This document shows, in pieces, positions 1 through 10,730 of a stretch of DNA of 64,000 bases. Made by a program: the position numbers and the translations under genes. Location of the stretch: contig CALVKR010000007.1 in NCBI GenBank assembly GCA_944332995.1, positions 9,859 to 73,858 on the forward strand, in the 5' to 3' direction. Source of the stretch: an uncultured Clostridia bacterium. GTDB taxonomy: Bacteria; Bacillota; Clostridia; Christensenellales; CAG-917. The notes below the pieces were generated by a model that worked only from the letters and a program-made list of their open reading frames with translations, was not told the origin of the DNA and did no database searches. Numbering within the stretch: the stretch's first letter is position 1; each line of letters opens with the position of its first letter.

Positions 1-975
1 GTCGAGCACAACCTCGCCCGTGAAATATCCGAACACCTGATGCGGGAGCATGGCGAGAATCTTAAGGTCAAGCGGAGCCTGTCTGTCAAGGATAGGCTCG
101 AACTGCATTTCAAATCTGCCGTCATCGGACGTGAAAGTCCACGGTTGCATATAAAGATAATTTCCCTTTTTGTCACGGGGAATGTTGAAAGTGACCTGAC
201 TTAGCTTGTGTGCCACACCGTCGACGAACAGCATATTTTCGCTTGCCGCAGAAGTGTCGCCGAAGCCGTATCCTATATTCCACCCCAGCTTTGTGCCGGA
301 CGGCAAGACAGCCTGAAACGAGCCCCAATACCATGTATTGTCATACGTCCAGACGCCTCTGCCCCAATCGAGAGTGCCAAGCGAATCCGACGGGTCGAAA
401 ACGTATTCTTTGTCTCCGTATTTAAAGCTGCCGCTTGCGGTCATACAGTTTATCTTTTGATTGTAGTAAAAATGCTTCTTCTTTTTAAAGGGCGTGGCTA
501 TGACCATGCTGTCTTTGGGGAAGTCGGTCAATGTAACGTCAAACGACAAATCCTCTTTATTCTTTCCGAATTTAGGATAAACTCCGCTAAGACGGCGGGT
601 TTTTCCGTCGTTTTTAAAAGAGAAAAACACGTCCTTGTTTTTCCACTCAACGTCGCCGATTTCGCTTGTGGCAGGAAAATTCATTTTGCCCATCGGGAAA
701 AAGTTAATGGCGGTGTTGGTATGGTCAAACGGCACGGTATAGTCTATGACCGAAGCGCTTATCGCCCCTACGTATCCCTCGTCGCCGAGAGTGAGCGCCA
801 GGGCGTATTTTTGATTTGTGATTATATAATAATCCCATTCTTTGATTCTTATCTTTTTGGCTTTGATATCCGCACGGTCGTATTGCCACACAAGCGAGGT
901 GGAATATCCCGGCTCTGCGATGTTGCCCTTGCCGTTTAAAAGTTTTTGTTTTTCCGTTACTTTGTGCTGTTCCAT
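1..975 (-). CDS. DUF2804-family protein, runs off the left edge
   Basis: My translation from ATG at 975 (SD AGGGGG): MEQHKVTEKQKLLNGKGNIAEPGYSTSLVWQYDRADIKAKKIRIKEWDYY, the N-terminus typical of this family. Absent from the ORF track, presumably because its stop lies outside the window. Confidence 0.75.
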   Translation of the reverse strand, partial: MEQHKVTEKQKLLNGKGNIAEPGYSTSLVWQYDRADIKAKKIRIKEWDYYIITNQKYALALTLGDEGYVGAISASVIDYTVPFDHTNTAINFFPMGKMNFPATSEIGDVEWKNKDVFFSFKNDGKTRRLSGVYPKFGKNKEDLSFDVTLTDFPKDSMVIATPFKKKKHFYYNQKINCMTASGSFKYGDKEYVFDPSDSLGTLDWGRGVWTYDNTWYWGSFQAVLPSGTKLGWNIGYGFGDTSAASENMLFVDGVAHKLSQVTFNIPRDKKGNYLYMQPWTFTSDDGRFEMQFEPILDRQAPLDLKILAMLPHQVFGYFTGEVVLD

Positions 976-1151
976 ATCTGCCCCCTTTTTGTCTCTATGC
1001 AATAATTTTAGTTTAACGGTGCTGATTTGTCAATACGCACGTTTGCACGCCGCAACTGCTCTCGCCCCTAAAAGTTTATACCAAACGGCGTAGTCGACGC
1101 TGAATTGCCCGATTGTGATTATATAAAACTCTTTTTGGCAAAAATGAATAT

Positions 1152-1361
1152 ATGTACAGTTATCACGGCAGGATAAGACAGCGCATAAAAAACGGCGAGC
1201 TGAAGGATATAATAAAAGGCGACGGCGAGTTTGCCGTGATACTTATTTTCGACACCTACCCTTTCACACGCCCGATAAGGGAAAGGGCGCTCTACCGTTA
1301 CAGAGAGGAACTTGAAAAATATCCCGAAGTTTTAAGCGACCTTGATCGACACGAACACTAA
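1152..1361 (+). CDS. small hypothetical protein (69 aa)
   Basis: ATG ORF filling the gap between two real genes, with protein-like composition. Confidence 0.6.
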   Translation: MYSYHGRIRQRIKNGELKDIIKGDGEFAVILIFDTYPFTRPIRERALYRYREELEKYPEVLSDLDRHEH

Positions 1362-1596
1362 AACGCCATAGCCGATTGCCGACAGCCGTCTGCTATCAAA
1401 TTGGCTATACACGGACAGGCTTAAAAAAGGCGCTTTTTTAATTGGACGAAATACGCCAAACCTGTAAAAAATCCGACAAAAACCTCGACTTATTCGACAA
1501 AGAATTTGCCTTGACCTTTTACGAGTGGACGTCAAAGGAAAAAATGCCGATATCGCCAAAAACCTAAAAAACAGACTGCCAAAATTTGCAGTTAAA

Positions 1597-1625
1597 TTGA
1601 CAGTTTTTGATAATTGTGCTATGTT
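1597..1625 (+). promoter_or_regulatory. sigma-A promoter of the DegV gene (leaderless-type)
   Basis: TTGACA-17 bp-(TGc)TATGTT, then 6 nt to ATG 1632. Confidence 0.6.
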
Positions 1626-1631
1626 GTGAAT

Positions 1632-2510
1632 ATGAATACGAAATACTTTATCACGTCTGACTCTACGACGGATATTCCCGAAAACCTTTGCCCAAAGGGA
1701 TACGATACCATTAAGATGACCTACGTTTTAGACGGAGTGTTATACGACGGCGAAACGAACGATTTTCTGACTCCCGAGGCTTTTTACGAACAGCTCAGGG
1801 CGGGAGCCGTCGTTTCTACTTCGCTTGTGCCGGAACAGACCGCACTCGAATTTTTCGAGAGCAAGCTGAAGGCAGGATACGACGTATTGCATATAGGCTT
1901 TTCGTCGGGGCTTAGCGGAACCTTCGATAACTACGTAAAGGCAAAAGAAAAACTCGAGAAAAAATATCCCGAAAGAAAAATAGCTCTTATAGATTCTAAA
2001 TCCGCATCCGGCGGTGAGGGGCTTTTGGTGTTGAAGGCAATTAAAAATCGGGATAACGGAATGGATATCCTCTCTAACGCCTCAGACGTCGGCTCGGCGG
2101 TGGACAACGTCATACACCTGTTTACAGTGGACGACTTGATGCACCTCTACCGTGGCGGCAGACTTTCTAAATCCAAGGCGATAATGGGAACGCTTGCGCA
2201 TATCAAACCGGTGCTTATCATCAACATAGAGGGTAAGCTCGAGCAATTTATGAAAGTTTCCGGCAATAATCTCTGCATAAAGACGATTGCCGAAAACCTC
2301 GCTCACAGAGCAAAGGGCTTTGAAAACGACGTGTGCTTCATCACCCATACAATGGCGCTTGGCAACGCCGAAAAACTTAAAGCCAAAATCACTGAGCTTA
2401 CCGGCGTAGAAAACGTTTACGTCATGCCCTGCTCGCCCATCATCGGAGCGCACCTCGGCTACGGCGCAGTAACCATCGAAATGTTCGGCTCGCCTAAAAA
2501 CCCGAAATAA
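1632..2510 (+). CDS. DegV/FakB-family fatty-acid-binding protein
   Basis: Motifs DSTTD, SSGLSGT, DSKSASGGEG, LYRGGR, IKPVL, IGAHLG. Start moved to ATG 1632. Confidence 0.9.
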   Translation: MNTKYFITSDSTTDIPENLCPKGYDTIKMTYVLDGVLYDGETNDFLTPEAFYEQLRAGAVVSTSLVPEQTALEFFESKLKAGYDVLHIGFSSGLSGTFDNYVKAKEKLEKKYPERKIALIDSKSASGGEGLLVLKAIKNRDNGMDILSNASDVGSAVDNVIHLFTVDDLMHLYRGGRLSKSKAIMGTLAHIKPVLIINIEGKLEQFMKVSGNNLCIKTIAENLAHRAKGFENDVCFITHTMALGNAEKLKAKITELTGVENVYVMPCSPIIGAHLGYGAVTIEMFGSPKNPK

Positions 2511-2648
2511 TCCGCTTGACAATATCCGACAAACGGCTTGCCGACAAACCAAAAATAATCGACTAAAAATTATAAGTTTTTACCAAAATAGTAAAATATC
2601 CACGGCTAAAGAAATTTCTTTTCGATAATGCCGTGGTATTTTTTTGCC

Positions 2649-4943
2649 ATGAAAGCTAAAGCCTTAAAACCACCCGTATACCATAAGCGCCGTAAGCTGA
2701 GAGCGGATAAGATAAATCTTTCGCAAATTGCGAGATACGCCCTTTCGTTTATAGCGTTTTTGTGCCTGTCGCACGCTACCGTGTTCGACAGCTTCTCGCC
2801 GTTCGCCTTAGGACTGTTCGTCGGGCTCGTGTATGCAAGACAGAACATACTCGTTTTGACTCCTCTGTATATCCTCGCCGCCCTGACGGTAGATTTCAGC
2901 CTTTATGCCTTTATATATACGATAACTCCCGCCGTCGTGCTTACGGTGTGTTATTATCTGTGCTATAAAGCGTCGAAAACGGTAACTCTTGTAATGCTCG
3001 CCGTTTGCACGCTCATAGGTTCGATACCTTACATAGCGATAAGTTGCGTAAATACCGCCGCCTATTTCGAGATATTCTTCACCGCTCTGCTTGCCGTCGT
3101 TTTTGCGCTTGTTTGCGAGATAGGCTGCTATGCCCTCGTGCTAAGGGGACTCAACTATCATTTGTCGGCGGACGAGAGGATATGTCTTGCCGTCATGCTT
3201 GCCGCACTGTCGTTCGGCGTTTACCGACTTCCTCTCGGCGGATTTAATATCTTTTATATCTTGGCGGCGTTTGCCTCGATGTTTTTTATTATGAACTTTT
3301 CAAAGGACGTAGCGCTCATTGTAGGCATAGCCATGGGTGCGGGAGCGTATCTCGGCGGCGGAAATATAGGCGTCGCTTCCCTCGTCGCACTGTGGACGGC
3401 GCTCGCCCTGCCCTTTAAAGGACTGACAAAATTTTCCGTGGCGGCGGCAATAGCGGTGGTAAACACTCTTATAGAACTTTACGTCGACGGACTTTCTTTT
3501 GATTATCTCGAACTTATCGCCGTATTGACAGGACTTATACTGTATCTGATAATCCCAAAAAAAATAGCGGAAGCGGCGGCTCAGTCTATGGGCGGACTGT
3601 CGCAGAAGGCGGCGTCGAGAAATATAGTCAATCAAAACAGAAAAGAAATGTCGGTAAAACTCGGTTGCGTTTCAAGCGTGTTTTACTCTATGCAAAATAT
3701 GCTCTCGTCTTCTCCGCCCGTTCAGGTAGACGCCTATACCGTGGCGGATTCGATAATCAAAACCTACTGCGCAAAATGTCCGTCTTATAACAACTGTGTT
3801 CAATCCAACCTGCCCTTTCATATCGCTCAGCTTGTCGAGGCAGGAATGACAAAAGGCAAAATAACCGTTTTGGATACCACCTCTCAGCTTTCGTCAAACT
3901 GCAAAAATTTGACTTCGCTCACCGCCTACACTCTTTCGGCGTGCGAAACGACAAGGCAAAAACTCAAATCCGCAAACGAGGCGGACGGCTGTAAAAAACT
4001 GCTTGCCGAACAATTCGGCTCCGTCGCTTCCGTCATAGGAGAACTCGGACAGGATATGAAAAAGAGAGTTTCCTATTCGCTCGAGCGTGAAAACTCGATA
4101 ATAGCCGAGCTCGGACGACACAACGTTATAGCAGAAGAGGCAATCGTTTACGGCGAAAATCCGCACCTTTCCGTCACGCTTGCCGTGAGGGAATCCGACT
4201 ACGACAAGGCGATAATCGAAAAAATAGTTTCCAAAGTTTTAAGGTGCAAAATGGAAAGAGCGTCATTGATCGATAAACCGTCGGGAAACGGTTGGAAGAC
4301 GGTATATTTAAACAGCGCTCCCCGTTACGGCGTGGCGTTCGGAATGAGCAGAGCGGCAATAAATCCCGAGTGCGGCGACAGCCTTTCCGTCACCAAACTC
4401 GACGACGGAAAAATAATCATAGGTCTGTCCGACGGTATGGGCACGGGTGCGACGGCAAAAGAGGAAAGCCAAAACACGATAACGCTAATTGAAAACCTAT
4501 ACAAGGCAGGGCTTAAAAGCTCGCTTATCCTTCCGCTGGTAAACAAACTGTTGTGCCTCAACAATTTTGAAACTTATTCCACGCTCGACATAGGGATACT
4601 CGACCGTGACAGCGGCGTGCTCGACGCCATAAAGCTCGGAGCGGTGGCGACTTATATCACGGACGGACAGAGCGTAAGGCAGATAAATTCGCACGCCCTG
4701 CCCATGGGTATACTCGACACGGTAACGCCGTCGGTGGAATCGGTAAAACTTTCGACTTCCGATATGGTGATAATGCTTTCCGACGGAGTTATCGACACTA
4801 TGGGCGAAGATGAGTTTTTAACCCTTATCACCTATGAAAAAAGCTTTAATCCTCAAACCGTTTGCGACAGAATAATCTCTAAGTGCAATCCGCCAAAAGA
4901 CGATTGCTCGGTAGTCGCTTTCCGTCTTTCAAACAACCTTTAA
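2649..4943 (+). CDS. spoIIE: stage II sporulation protein E (membrane PP2C phosphatase)
   Basis: Multi-TM N-terminus, CxxC..C region, PP2C motifs CGDS, LSDGMGTG, SDGV, DDCSV. Upstream of tilS-hpt, the usual synteny. Confidence 0.9.
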   Translation: MKAKALKPPVYHKRRKLRADKINLSQIARYALSFIAFLCLSHATVFDSFSPFALGLFVGLVYARQNILVLTPLYILAALTVDFSLYAFIYTITPAVVLTVCYYLCYKASKTVTLVMLAVCTLIGSIPYIAISCVNTAAYFEIFFTALLAVVFALVCEIGCYALVLRGLNYHLSADERICLAVMLAALSFGVYRLPLGGFNIFYILAAFASMFFIMNFSKDVALIVGIAMGAGAYLGGGNIGVASLVALWTALALPFKGLTKFSVAAAIAVVNTLIELYVDGLSFDYLELIAVLTGLILYLIIPKKIAEAAAQSMGGLSQKAASRNIVNQNRKEMSVKLGCVSSVFYSMQNMLSSSPPVQVDAYTVADSIIKTYCAKCPSYNNCVQSNLPFHIAQLVEAGMTKGKITVLDTTSQLSSNCKNLTSLTAYTLSACETTRQKLKSANEADGCKKLLAEQFGSVASVIGELGQDMKKRVSYSLERENSIIAELGRHNVIAEEAIVYGENPHLSVTLAVRESDYDKAIIEKIVSKVLRCKMERASLIDKPSGNGWKTVYLNSAPRYGVAFGMSRAAINPECGDSLSVTKLDDGKIIIGLSDGMGTGATAKEESQNTITLIENLYKAGLKSSLILPLVNKLLCLNNFETYSTLDIGILDRDSGVLDAIKLGAVATYITDGQSVRQINSHALPMGILDTVTPSVESVKLSTSDMVIMLSDGVIDTMGEDEFLTLITYEKSFNPQTVCDRIISKCNPPKDDCSVVAFRLSNNL

Positions 4944-5053
4944 CGGACAATACGTTATAAACTAAAATTAAATCTTTTATAAACGAAACAGTTATAAAAA
5001 AATTATTCGTAAGCAAAAAATTATTAACAAGCAAAATCGGTTTATAAAATCTT

Positions 5054-5087
5054 GATAAAAACGCCGTATTTTTACGGCGTTTTTATC
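5054..5087 (+). terminator. intrinsic terminator after spoIIE
   Basis: GATAAAAACGCCGTA-tttt-TACGGCGTTTTTATC inverted repeat. Confidence 0.7.
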
Positions 5088-5221
5088 TGCCGAAATAAAG
5101 CTTTGTTTAAAGCTATTATGCGAATTATATAAAATTTGCCATAAGCAGATTTGTATATTGACGGACAAAACTCGGTTTAAAATCGTTTTGTCTTTTTATG
5201 ATTTTGATATATAATATTTTT

Positions 5222-6544
5222 ATGGAATTAAATCTCGGATTTGACGACAAAAAAGTAGCGCTTGCCGTCAGCGGAGGCGCCGACAGCATGGTAATGCTTT
5301 ACCTCTTTATAAAAGAATATAAAGGGGAATTTTTCGTCGTCAACGTCGACCACTCGATAAGGGGAACATCTTCCGTTTCCGATTCCGATTTCGTAGAGGA
5401 CTACTGCAAAAAAAACGGCGTAAAAATAAAAAGGTTTAAAGTGGACGCACTCGGCTATGCAAAGGAAAAGAGAATATCGACCGAGCTTTCTGCCAGAATC
5501 CTGCGCCGTGAAATTTTTGAGAGTTTAGACTGCGACTATATCGCCACCGCCCACCACAAAGGCGACAAAGCCGAAACCGTGCTCTACCGCATTGCGAGAG
5601 GCACGGGGCTGTCGGGGCTGAAAGGCATAGAAAGACAGACGGAAAAATTTATCCGTCCGCTTTTAGATTTTTCCAAAGAGGAAATTTTAGACTTTGCCTC
5701 AAAAAACAATATCCCCTACGTCACGGACGAAACAAATTTTTCCGACGAGGCGGACAGAAACTTTTTAAGGCTTAACGTGCTTCCCCTGTTAAAGGAGAGG
5801 TTCCCCTCTTTTGAAAACAGCGTTTTGCGGCTCGCCCTTGCCGCTGTAGAGGCGGACGACTATTTAAACGGCGTAATTTCGAAGCCTGTCAAAACGGAGG
5901 GCGGTTATATGATAAAAAAGCCGTTTAAACATCCGTTTTTGCTTAAAAAAGAGATACTTTCGTGCTTTAAACTTTTGGGCGTAGAGCACGACGTGGAGGA
6001 GCGTCATTTAAATGCCATAGTAAAGCTGACGAAAAACTCAAACTCAAAACGGCTCGATATGCCATACCTTGTCACGGTATATCTTGAAAAGGACGGGCTG
6101 GTATTCACCAAAGAGGGATACGGCGACAGACCTCTTTTATGCGGCGTAGATTTTAAAGAGGGTATAAACTTGTCCGAGGCACTGAAAAACGGAAAATTAA
6201 AAGAGGAGCTGTCTATAAAAGTTTTATCTTCTGACGAATTTAAATCGGAATTTAAAAACGGAAAACCAAAAGGCTTTCTCTATTGCGACTTAGATAAATT
6301 CCCGAGCGGCACCGTCCTGCGTTTCAGGCGTGACGGCGACTCGTTTGAAAAATTCGGGGGCGGCACGAAAAGCCTGGGCGACTTTTTGACGGATAAAAAA
6401 ATTCCCGCTAGGCTGAGAGATAATTTGCTTGTGTTTGCCGCAGGAAATGATATACTTTTAATAAAGGATATAGAGATATCCGAAAAAATCAAAACAGACT
6501 TTAAGACAACACGGATTTTAGTCGTCGGAGGAAAAAATGTATAA
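5222..6544 (+). CDS. tilS: tRNA(Ile)-lysidine synthetase
   Basis: PP-loop AVSGGADS, VDHSIR, TAHH.GD.AET, IRPLL, RNFLR. Start set at ATG 5222. Confidence 0.95.
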   Translation: MELNLGFDDKKVALAVSGGADSMVMLYLFIKEYKGEFFVVNVDHSIRGTSSVSDSDFVEDYCKKNGVKIKRFKVDALGYAKEKRISTELSARILRREIFESLDCDYIATAHHKGDKAETVLYRIARGTGLSGLKGIERQTEKFIRPLLDFSKEEILDFASKNNIPYVTDETNFSDEADRNFLRLNVLPLLKERFPSFENSVLRLALAAVEADDYLNGVISKPVKTEGGYMIKKPFKHPFLLKKEILSCFKLLGVEHDVEERHLNAIVKLTKNSNSKRLDMPYLVTVYLEKDGLVFTKEGYGDRPLLCGVDFKEGINLSEALKNGKLKEELSIKVLSSDEFKSEFKNGKPKGFLYCDLDKFPSGTVLRFRRDGDSFEKFGGGTKSLGDFLTDKKIPARLRDNLLVFAAGNDILLIKDIEISEKIKTDFKTTRILVVGGKNV

Positions 6545-7079
6545 TTCTGATATTGAAAAGATTTTGGTTTCAAATGCCGAGATAGCGAAAAGAGCCGAAG
6601 AAATCGCCGCTCAAATCAACGCCGATTATAAAGGCAAGCCCATACTCGTTGTGGGCATATTGAGAGGTGCGTCAATATTTTTGGCGGATATATTCAAAAG
6701 GCTCGAGGGCGACGTCGAGCTCGACTTCATGTCCCTTTCAAGCTACGGAAGCGGAACGAATTCCTCAGGCGAAGTCAAAATGATAAAGGACCTTTCCGAA
6801 CCCGTCGACGGCAAAAACGTGCTCATTATCGAGGATATTATCGATACGGGCATCACGCTTTCCTACCTCATCAAAGTCCTTGAGGCGAGAAATCCGGAAT
6901 CGATAAAACTCTGCGCCCTGCTTGACAAACCGTCGAGGAGAAAGGTGGAGCTAAAAGGCGACTATATAGGATTTGAAATACCCGACGAATATGTTGTGGG
7001 ATACGGTCTCGACTATGCCGAAAAATACCGCAACCTGCCCGACGTGTGCGTGCTTTCAAAAACGGTGTATGAAAAATAA
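6537..7079 (+). CDS. hpt: hypoxanthine phosphoribosyltransferase
   Basis: VLIIEDIIDTGITL PRPP motif and VVGYGLDYAEKYRNLP. Confidence 0.97.
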   Translation: MYNSDIEKILVSNAEIAKRAEEIAAQINADYKGKPILVVGILRGASIFLADIFKRLEGDVELDFMSLSSYGSGTNSSGEVKMIKDLSEPVDGKNVLIIEDIIDTGITLSYLIKVLEARNPESIKLCALLDKPSRRKVELKGDYIGFEIPDEYVVGYGLDYAEKYRNLPDVCVLSKTVYEK

Positions 7080-8436
7080 GCTGCCTAAGGCGCTAAATGA
7101 ACTTGCCGATTTTCTCGGCAAAGACGCTACGCTTTACGCCGTGGGCGGAAGCGTGAGAAATTTTCTGCTCGGGCTGGATTTTGACGATATCGATATAACG
7201 AGCTCACTTCCCCCGTCCGTGCTTATCGAAAAGCTGAAAGGCTCGAAGTTTAAAGTTGCCGATTCAAATCTCAGAGTCGGCACGGTGATTGTTACAAGCT
7301 GTGATTTTAAAGCGGAATACACCTGCTTTCGGCAGGACAGCTACCCCGTGGGCGGTGCGCATACGCCTGCCAAAGTGGAGTTTTGCACGGATATAGCGCT
7401 TGACGCCAAAAGGCGGGATTTTAAAGCCAACGCCGTATACTACGACATATCAAAAGGCATATTCGTTGACCCGCTCGGCGGTATGGAAGATATAAAAAAC
7501 AAAATTCTTTCCGCTACGGTCACGCCTCAAAAGGTGTTTTCGGAAGACGGACTGAGGATTTTAAGGCTGTGCCGCTTTGCCGCCGAACTCGGTTTCGGTA
7601 TCGAGGACGAAACTATGGAGTGGGCGATAAAAATGTCGGATAACGTGCTCGACATCTCCAAAGAACGGATAGCGACAGAGCTTAAAAAGATACTTTCCGC
7701 CGACGTCCGCTATCCTTCGCTAAACAATAAATACGCCCAATACAGAGGGCTTAAACTGCTCGACCAAACTACGGTTTTGACAAAGCTTTTTCCCGTCCTT
7801 AAGGAAGGAAAGGGCGTGGCGCAAAATCCCAAATACCACGACTACGACGTTTTCGAGCATATAATGCAAACGGTAAAATTTGCTCCGCCGTCCGTCAGGC
7901 TTGCCGCCCTGTTCCACGACGTGGCAAAGCCTATGTGCCTTGCCCGTGACGGCAATATGTATAATCACCCGCTAGAGAGTGCGGCGATAGCAAGGCGCGA
8001 GCTCGGAGCGACGGGACTTAAACTATCAAACGCCGAAGTGGACTTCACCTGCCGTTTGATAGAAAATCATATGTATAACCTTTTAAACGAAACAAAGACG
8101 CCCAAGCTGAAATGGTTTTTGGCAAAAAATCACGATATAGCCCCTGCCCTCATATCTCTTATAAGAGCGGACGCCATGGCGGCAAAAGGAGTTACCTCGC
8201 CGTCTGCGGACAGAATGGAATCGCTTTTTAACGATATGCTGAAAGCCGGCGTTCCTCTATGCGTAAAAGATCTCAAAATAAAAGGAGAAGACGTCCTTGA
8301 CGTCCGGCCAAAAACACGCTCAGAGATATTAAACAAGGTTTGGGAAAAATCGGTAAAATACGACCTTTTAACTTACGAGCAACAGTTAAAGGCTCTTGGC
8401 GACATAAAACGACAGATAATAAAGGAGAAAAAATGA
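7069..8436 (+). CDS. cca: CCA-adding tRNA nucleotidyltransferase with HD domain
   Basis: VGGSVR, DIDIT, RRDF..NA, EDGLRILR..RF, ERI..EL, LFHDVAKP. Start at ATG 7069, overlapping hpt. Confidence 0.88.
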   Translation: MKNKLPKALNELADFLGKDATLYAVGGSVRNFLLGLDFDDIDITSSLPPSVLIEKLKGSKFKVADSNLRVGTVIVTSCDFKAEYTCFRQDSYPVGGAHTPAKVEFCTDIALDAKRRDFKANAVYYDISKGIFVDPLGGMEDIKNKILSATVTPQKVFSEDGLRILRLCRFAAELGFGIEDETMEWAIKMSDNVLDISKERIATELKKILSADVRYPSLNNKYAQYRGLKLLDQTTVLTKLFPVLKEGKGVAQNPKYHDYDVFEHIMQTVKFAPPSVRLAALFHDVAKPMCLARDGNMYNHPLESAAIARRELGATGLKLSNAEVDFTCRLIENHMYNLLNETKTPKLKWFLAKNHDIAPALISLIRADAMAAKGVTSPSADRMESLFNDMLKAGVPLCVKDLKIKGEDVLDVRPKTRSEILNKVWEKSVKYDLLTYEQQLKALGDIKRQIIKEKK

Positions 8437-9692
8437 CAGCACTTTACATTCTTTTGGCGGTGGCTATCGCCCTGCTTATAACGCTCATCGTTATAGCCGT
8501 CGTAAAAAAGACAAAAATAGATTCGTCCGCTTTCGATTCGACGAAAAACGAGATAAACACCACGCTCAGAATGAACAACGAAATGACGGCTAAAACCTTT
8601 GAGCTGTCGTCGAAAAACGTCGAAGACAAACTCTCCGCCTTAAAGGACACCAACAACGCCATAGAACAGCGCATGGTGGCGTTTATGCAAAACGTCGATT
8701 CTAAACTCGACGCAATGCGCCAAGAAAACGAAAAAAATTTAAACGAGGTCAGACGGGACAACGAAACTCAGCTCACCAAAATGAGAGAGACGGTAGACGA
8801 AAAACTGTCCTCCACCTTGGACGAAAGGTTTAATCAGTCGTTTAAAATAATAAGCGACAGACTTAGCGAGATAAACAAAGGGTTTATGGAAATGCAATCT
8901 TTGCAGACGGGAGTAAACGACCTCAAAAAGATTTTCACCAACGTCAAGCAAAGAGGAACGTGGGGCGAGATTGCGCTCGACAATCTGCTGAGCCAGATAC
9001 TTACCCCCGAGCAATATTCCAAAAACGTCAACATAACCAAAAACGAAAACGAGCGAGTGGATTTCGTCATCAATCTGCCCGGCAAAAACGAGGAAACGGT
9101 TTTTCTTCCCATTGACGCCAAATTTCCCATAGAGGACTACCTCAGGCTTGTAGAGGCCTCCGAAAAAGGCAACGTAGCGCAGATTGAAGAAGAGGGCAAA
9201 AATCTCGAGAAGCGCATAAAGGCGGAAGCGCAGTCGATAAGGGATAAATACGTCCACCCTCCCAAGACTTGCGACTTTGCCATTTTGTATCTGCCCGTCG
9301 AGGGATTATACGCCGAAGTGGTCAGACGCCCTAACCTTATCGAAGACCTTCAGACAAGGCTCAGAGTCGTCGTGTGCGGACCTACCACCCTTGCCGCCCT
9401 GTTGAACAGCCTGCAAATGGGATTCCGCACCGTGGCAATAGAAAAGCGCAGCACGGAGATTGGCAAACTGCTCGAACAGTTCCGAAAGGACTTCACTCAG
9501 TTTTCCGACCTTTTGGGACAGACGAAAAAGAAACTCGAAAGCGTTCAAAACACTATCGACAACGCCGAGAAGCGCACTCAGTTGATAGGAAAGAGATTGC
9601 AATCCGTCTCGGCAATCACGGGAGAAAAAACTTCGCTTTTAGAGGCGGCTTCAACCTTTGTCGATTTAGATAGCGACGACGGCGAAAACTGA
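8433..9692 (+). CDS. rmuC: DNA recombination protein RmuC
   Basis: N-terminal TM and coiled coil, RGTWGE, PIDAKFP, GPTTLAALLNSLQMGF. SD AAGGAG before ATG 8433. Confidence 0.92.
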   Translation: MTALYILLAVAIALLITLIVIAVVKKTKIDSSAFDSTKNEINTTLRMNNEMTAKTFELSSKNVEDKLSALKDTNNAIEQRMVAFMQNVDSKLDAMRQENEKNLNEVRRDNETQLTKMRETVDEKLSSTLDERFNQSFKIISDRLSEINKGFMEMQSLQTGVNDLKKIFTNVKQRGTWGEIALDNLLSQILTPEQYSKNVNITKNENERVDFVINLPGKNEETVFLPIDAKFPIEDYLRLVEASEKGNVAQIEEEGKNLEKRIKAEAQSIRDKYVHPPKTCDFAILYLPVEGLYAEVVRRPNLIEDLQTRLRVVVCGPTTLAALLNSLQMGFRTVAIEKRSTEIGKLLEQFRKDFTQFSDLLGQTKKKLESVQNTIDNAEKRTQLIGKRLQSVSAITGEKTSLLEAASTFVDLDSDDGEN

Positions 9693-9718
9693 TATACCAA
9701 GGCAAAAAAAGAGGAGAT

Positions 9719-10543
9719 ATGAGTCTTATTTATGCGGATATGCACAATCATACCACTTTCAGCGACGGACAGCTTACACCCGAGCAGGTTTTGACGCGCC
9801 TCAAAAAGCTGGGAGCAAAAGCGTGCGCCATATCCGACCACGACACGGTGGACGCCCTGCCCGAAGCGGTAGAGACGGCAAAGGCGATAGGCATTCTCTT
9901 TGTCCCTGCCATAGAAATTTCTACCTATGCGTCAAAAGACGTCCACATTTTGGGCTATGGCATAGACTACCGCTCGACAGAGTTTTTGGACACGCTCAGC
10001 ACGGTAAAGGAATACCGCAAGGCAAGAAACATAAGGCTTTACGAAAAATTGCAAAGTATGGGCATTAAAATCGATTTGGACCCTGCCGCAAAGGGAGTCG
10101 GCAGAGTGCATTTTGCCCTCGCCATGGTTAAGGCAGGATATTGCCAAAGCGTAAACGAGGCTTTCGACCGCTATCTCGGCACGGGAAAGCCGGCATATAT
10201 TCAAGCCACCAAGCTGACCCCGCTCGCCGCAGTAAAGGCAATATCCGAGGCCGGCGGCATACCCTGTCTTGCTCACCCCAAAGCCTATCTTGCCGACAAG
10301 AGCGCAGAGCTTATCGTTTCGGGACTTGTAAAATACGGACTTAAAGCGCTCGAGGTTTCATATCCCTCGCACAACGAGACGGAAGAAAAAACGCTAAAGG
10401 CGCTTGCGACAAAATACCGCCTTATACCGACGGCGGGCAGCGATTTTCACTATGAATCATCAGATAGCTACAACGCCTCGTTTGTTCCCAAAATGGAAGA
10501 AGCGGACGTCATGAAACTGCTTAAACAAAATAAAACATATTAA
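9719..10543 (+). CDS. PHP-domain phosphoesterase (TrpH/YciV-like)
   Basis: DMHNHTTFSDG, ISDHD, HILGY, LAHP, GSDFH. Confidence 0.9.
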   Translation: MSLIYADMHNHTTFSDGQLTPEQVLTRLKKLGAKACAISDHDTVDALPEAVETAKAIGILFVPAIEISTYASKDVHILGYGIDYRSTEFLDTLSTVKEYRKARNIRLYEKLQSMGIKIDLDPAAKGVGRVHFALAMVKAGYCQSVNEAFDRYLGTGKPAYIQATKLTPLAAVKAISEAGGIPCLAHPKAYLADKSAELIVSGLVKYGLKALEVSYPSHNETEEKTLKALATKYRLIPTAGSDFHYESSDSYNASFVPKMEEADVMKLLKQNKTY

Positions 10544-10650
10544 ACGGCATTTATTTTTCCGATATAATTCCCCTTTTTGTATTCATAGTCTTTGTTTTAT
10601 CTTTTCTTTGTTTTATCTTCCCTTTGTTTTCCGTTTTTTCGCCTTTTTTT

Positions 10651-10730
10651 CTTTTTCCCTCTTTGTCATTTAATGTTCTTTCGTCTTTTTCTTTTTCCCT
10701 CTTTGTCATTTAACGTTCTTTCGTCTTTTT
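10651..10730. repeat. 40-bp tandem duplication (2 copies, 1 mismatch)
   Basis: CTTTTTCCCTCTTTGTCATTTAA(T/C)GTTCTTTCGTCTTTTT twice. Confidence 0.9.

Noticed and set aside
805-815. Possible frameshift in the DUF2804-like gene
   Set aside because: Recounting the T-run gives five, which keeps the frame (TNQKYALAL).
208-939. 243-aa plus-strand ORF
   Set aside because: Antisense shadow of the DUF2804-like gene on the minus strand.
2520-2630. Spo0A boxes upstream of spoIIE
   Set aside because: Only mismatched copies (TCCGACA, GCCGACA, TTCGATA). Plausible, but too weak to call from sequence alone.
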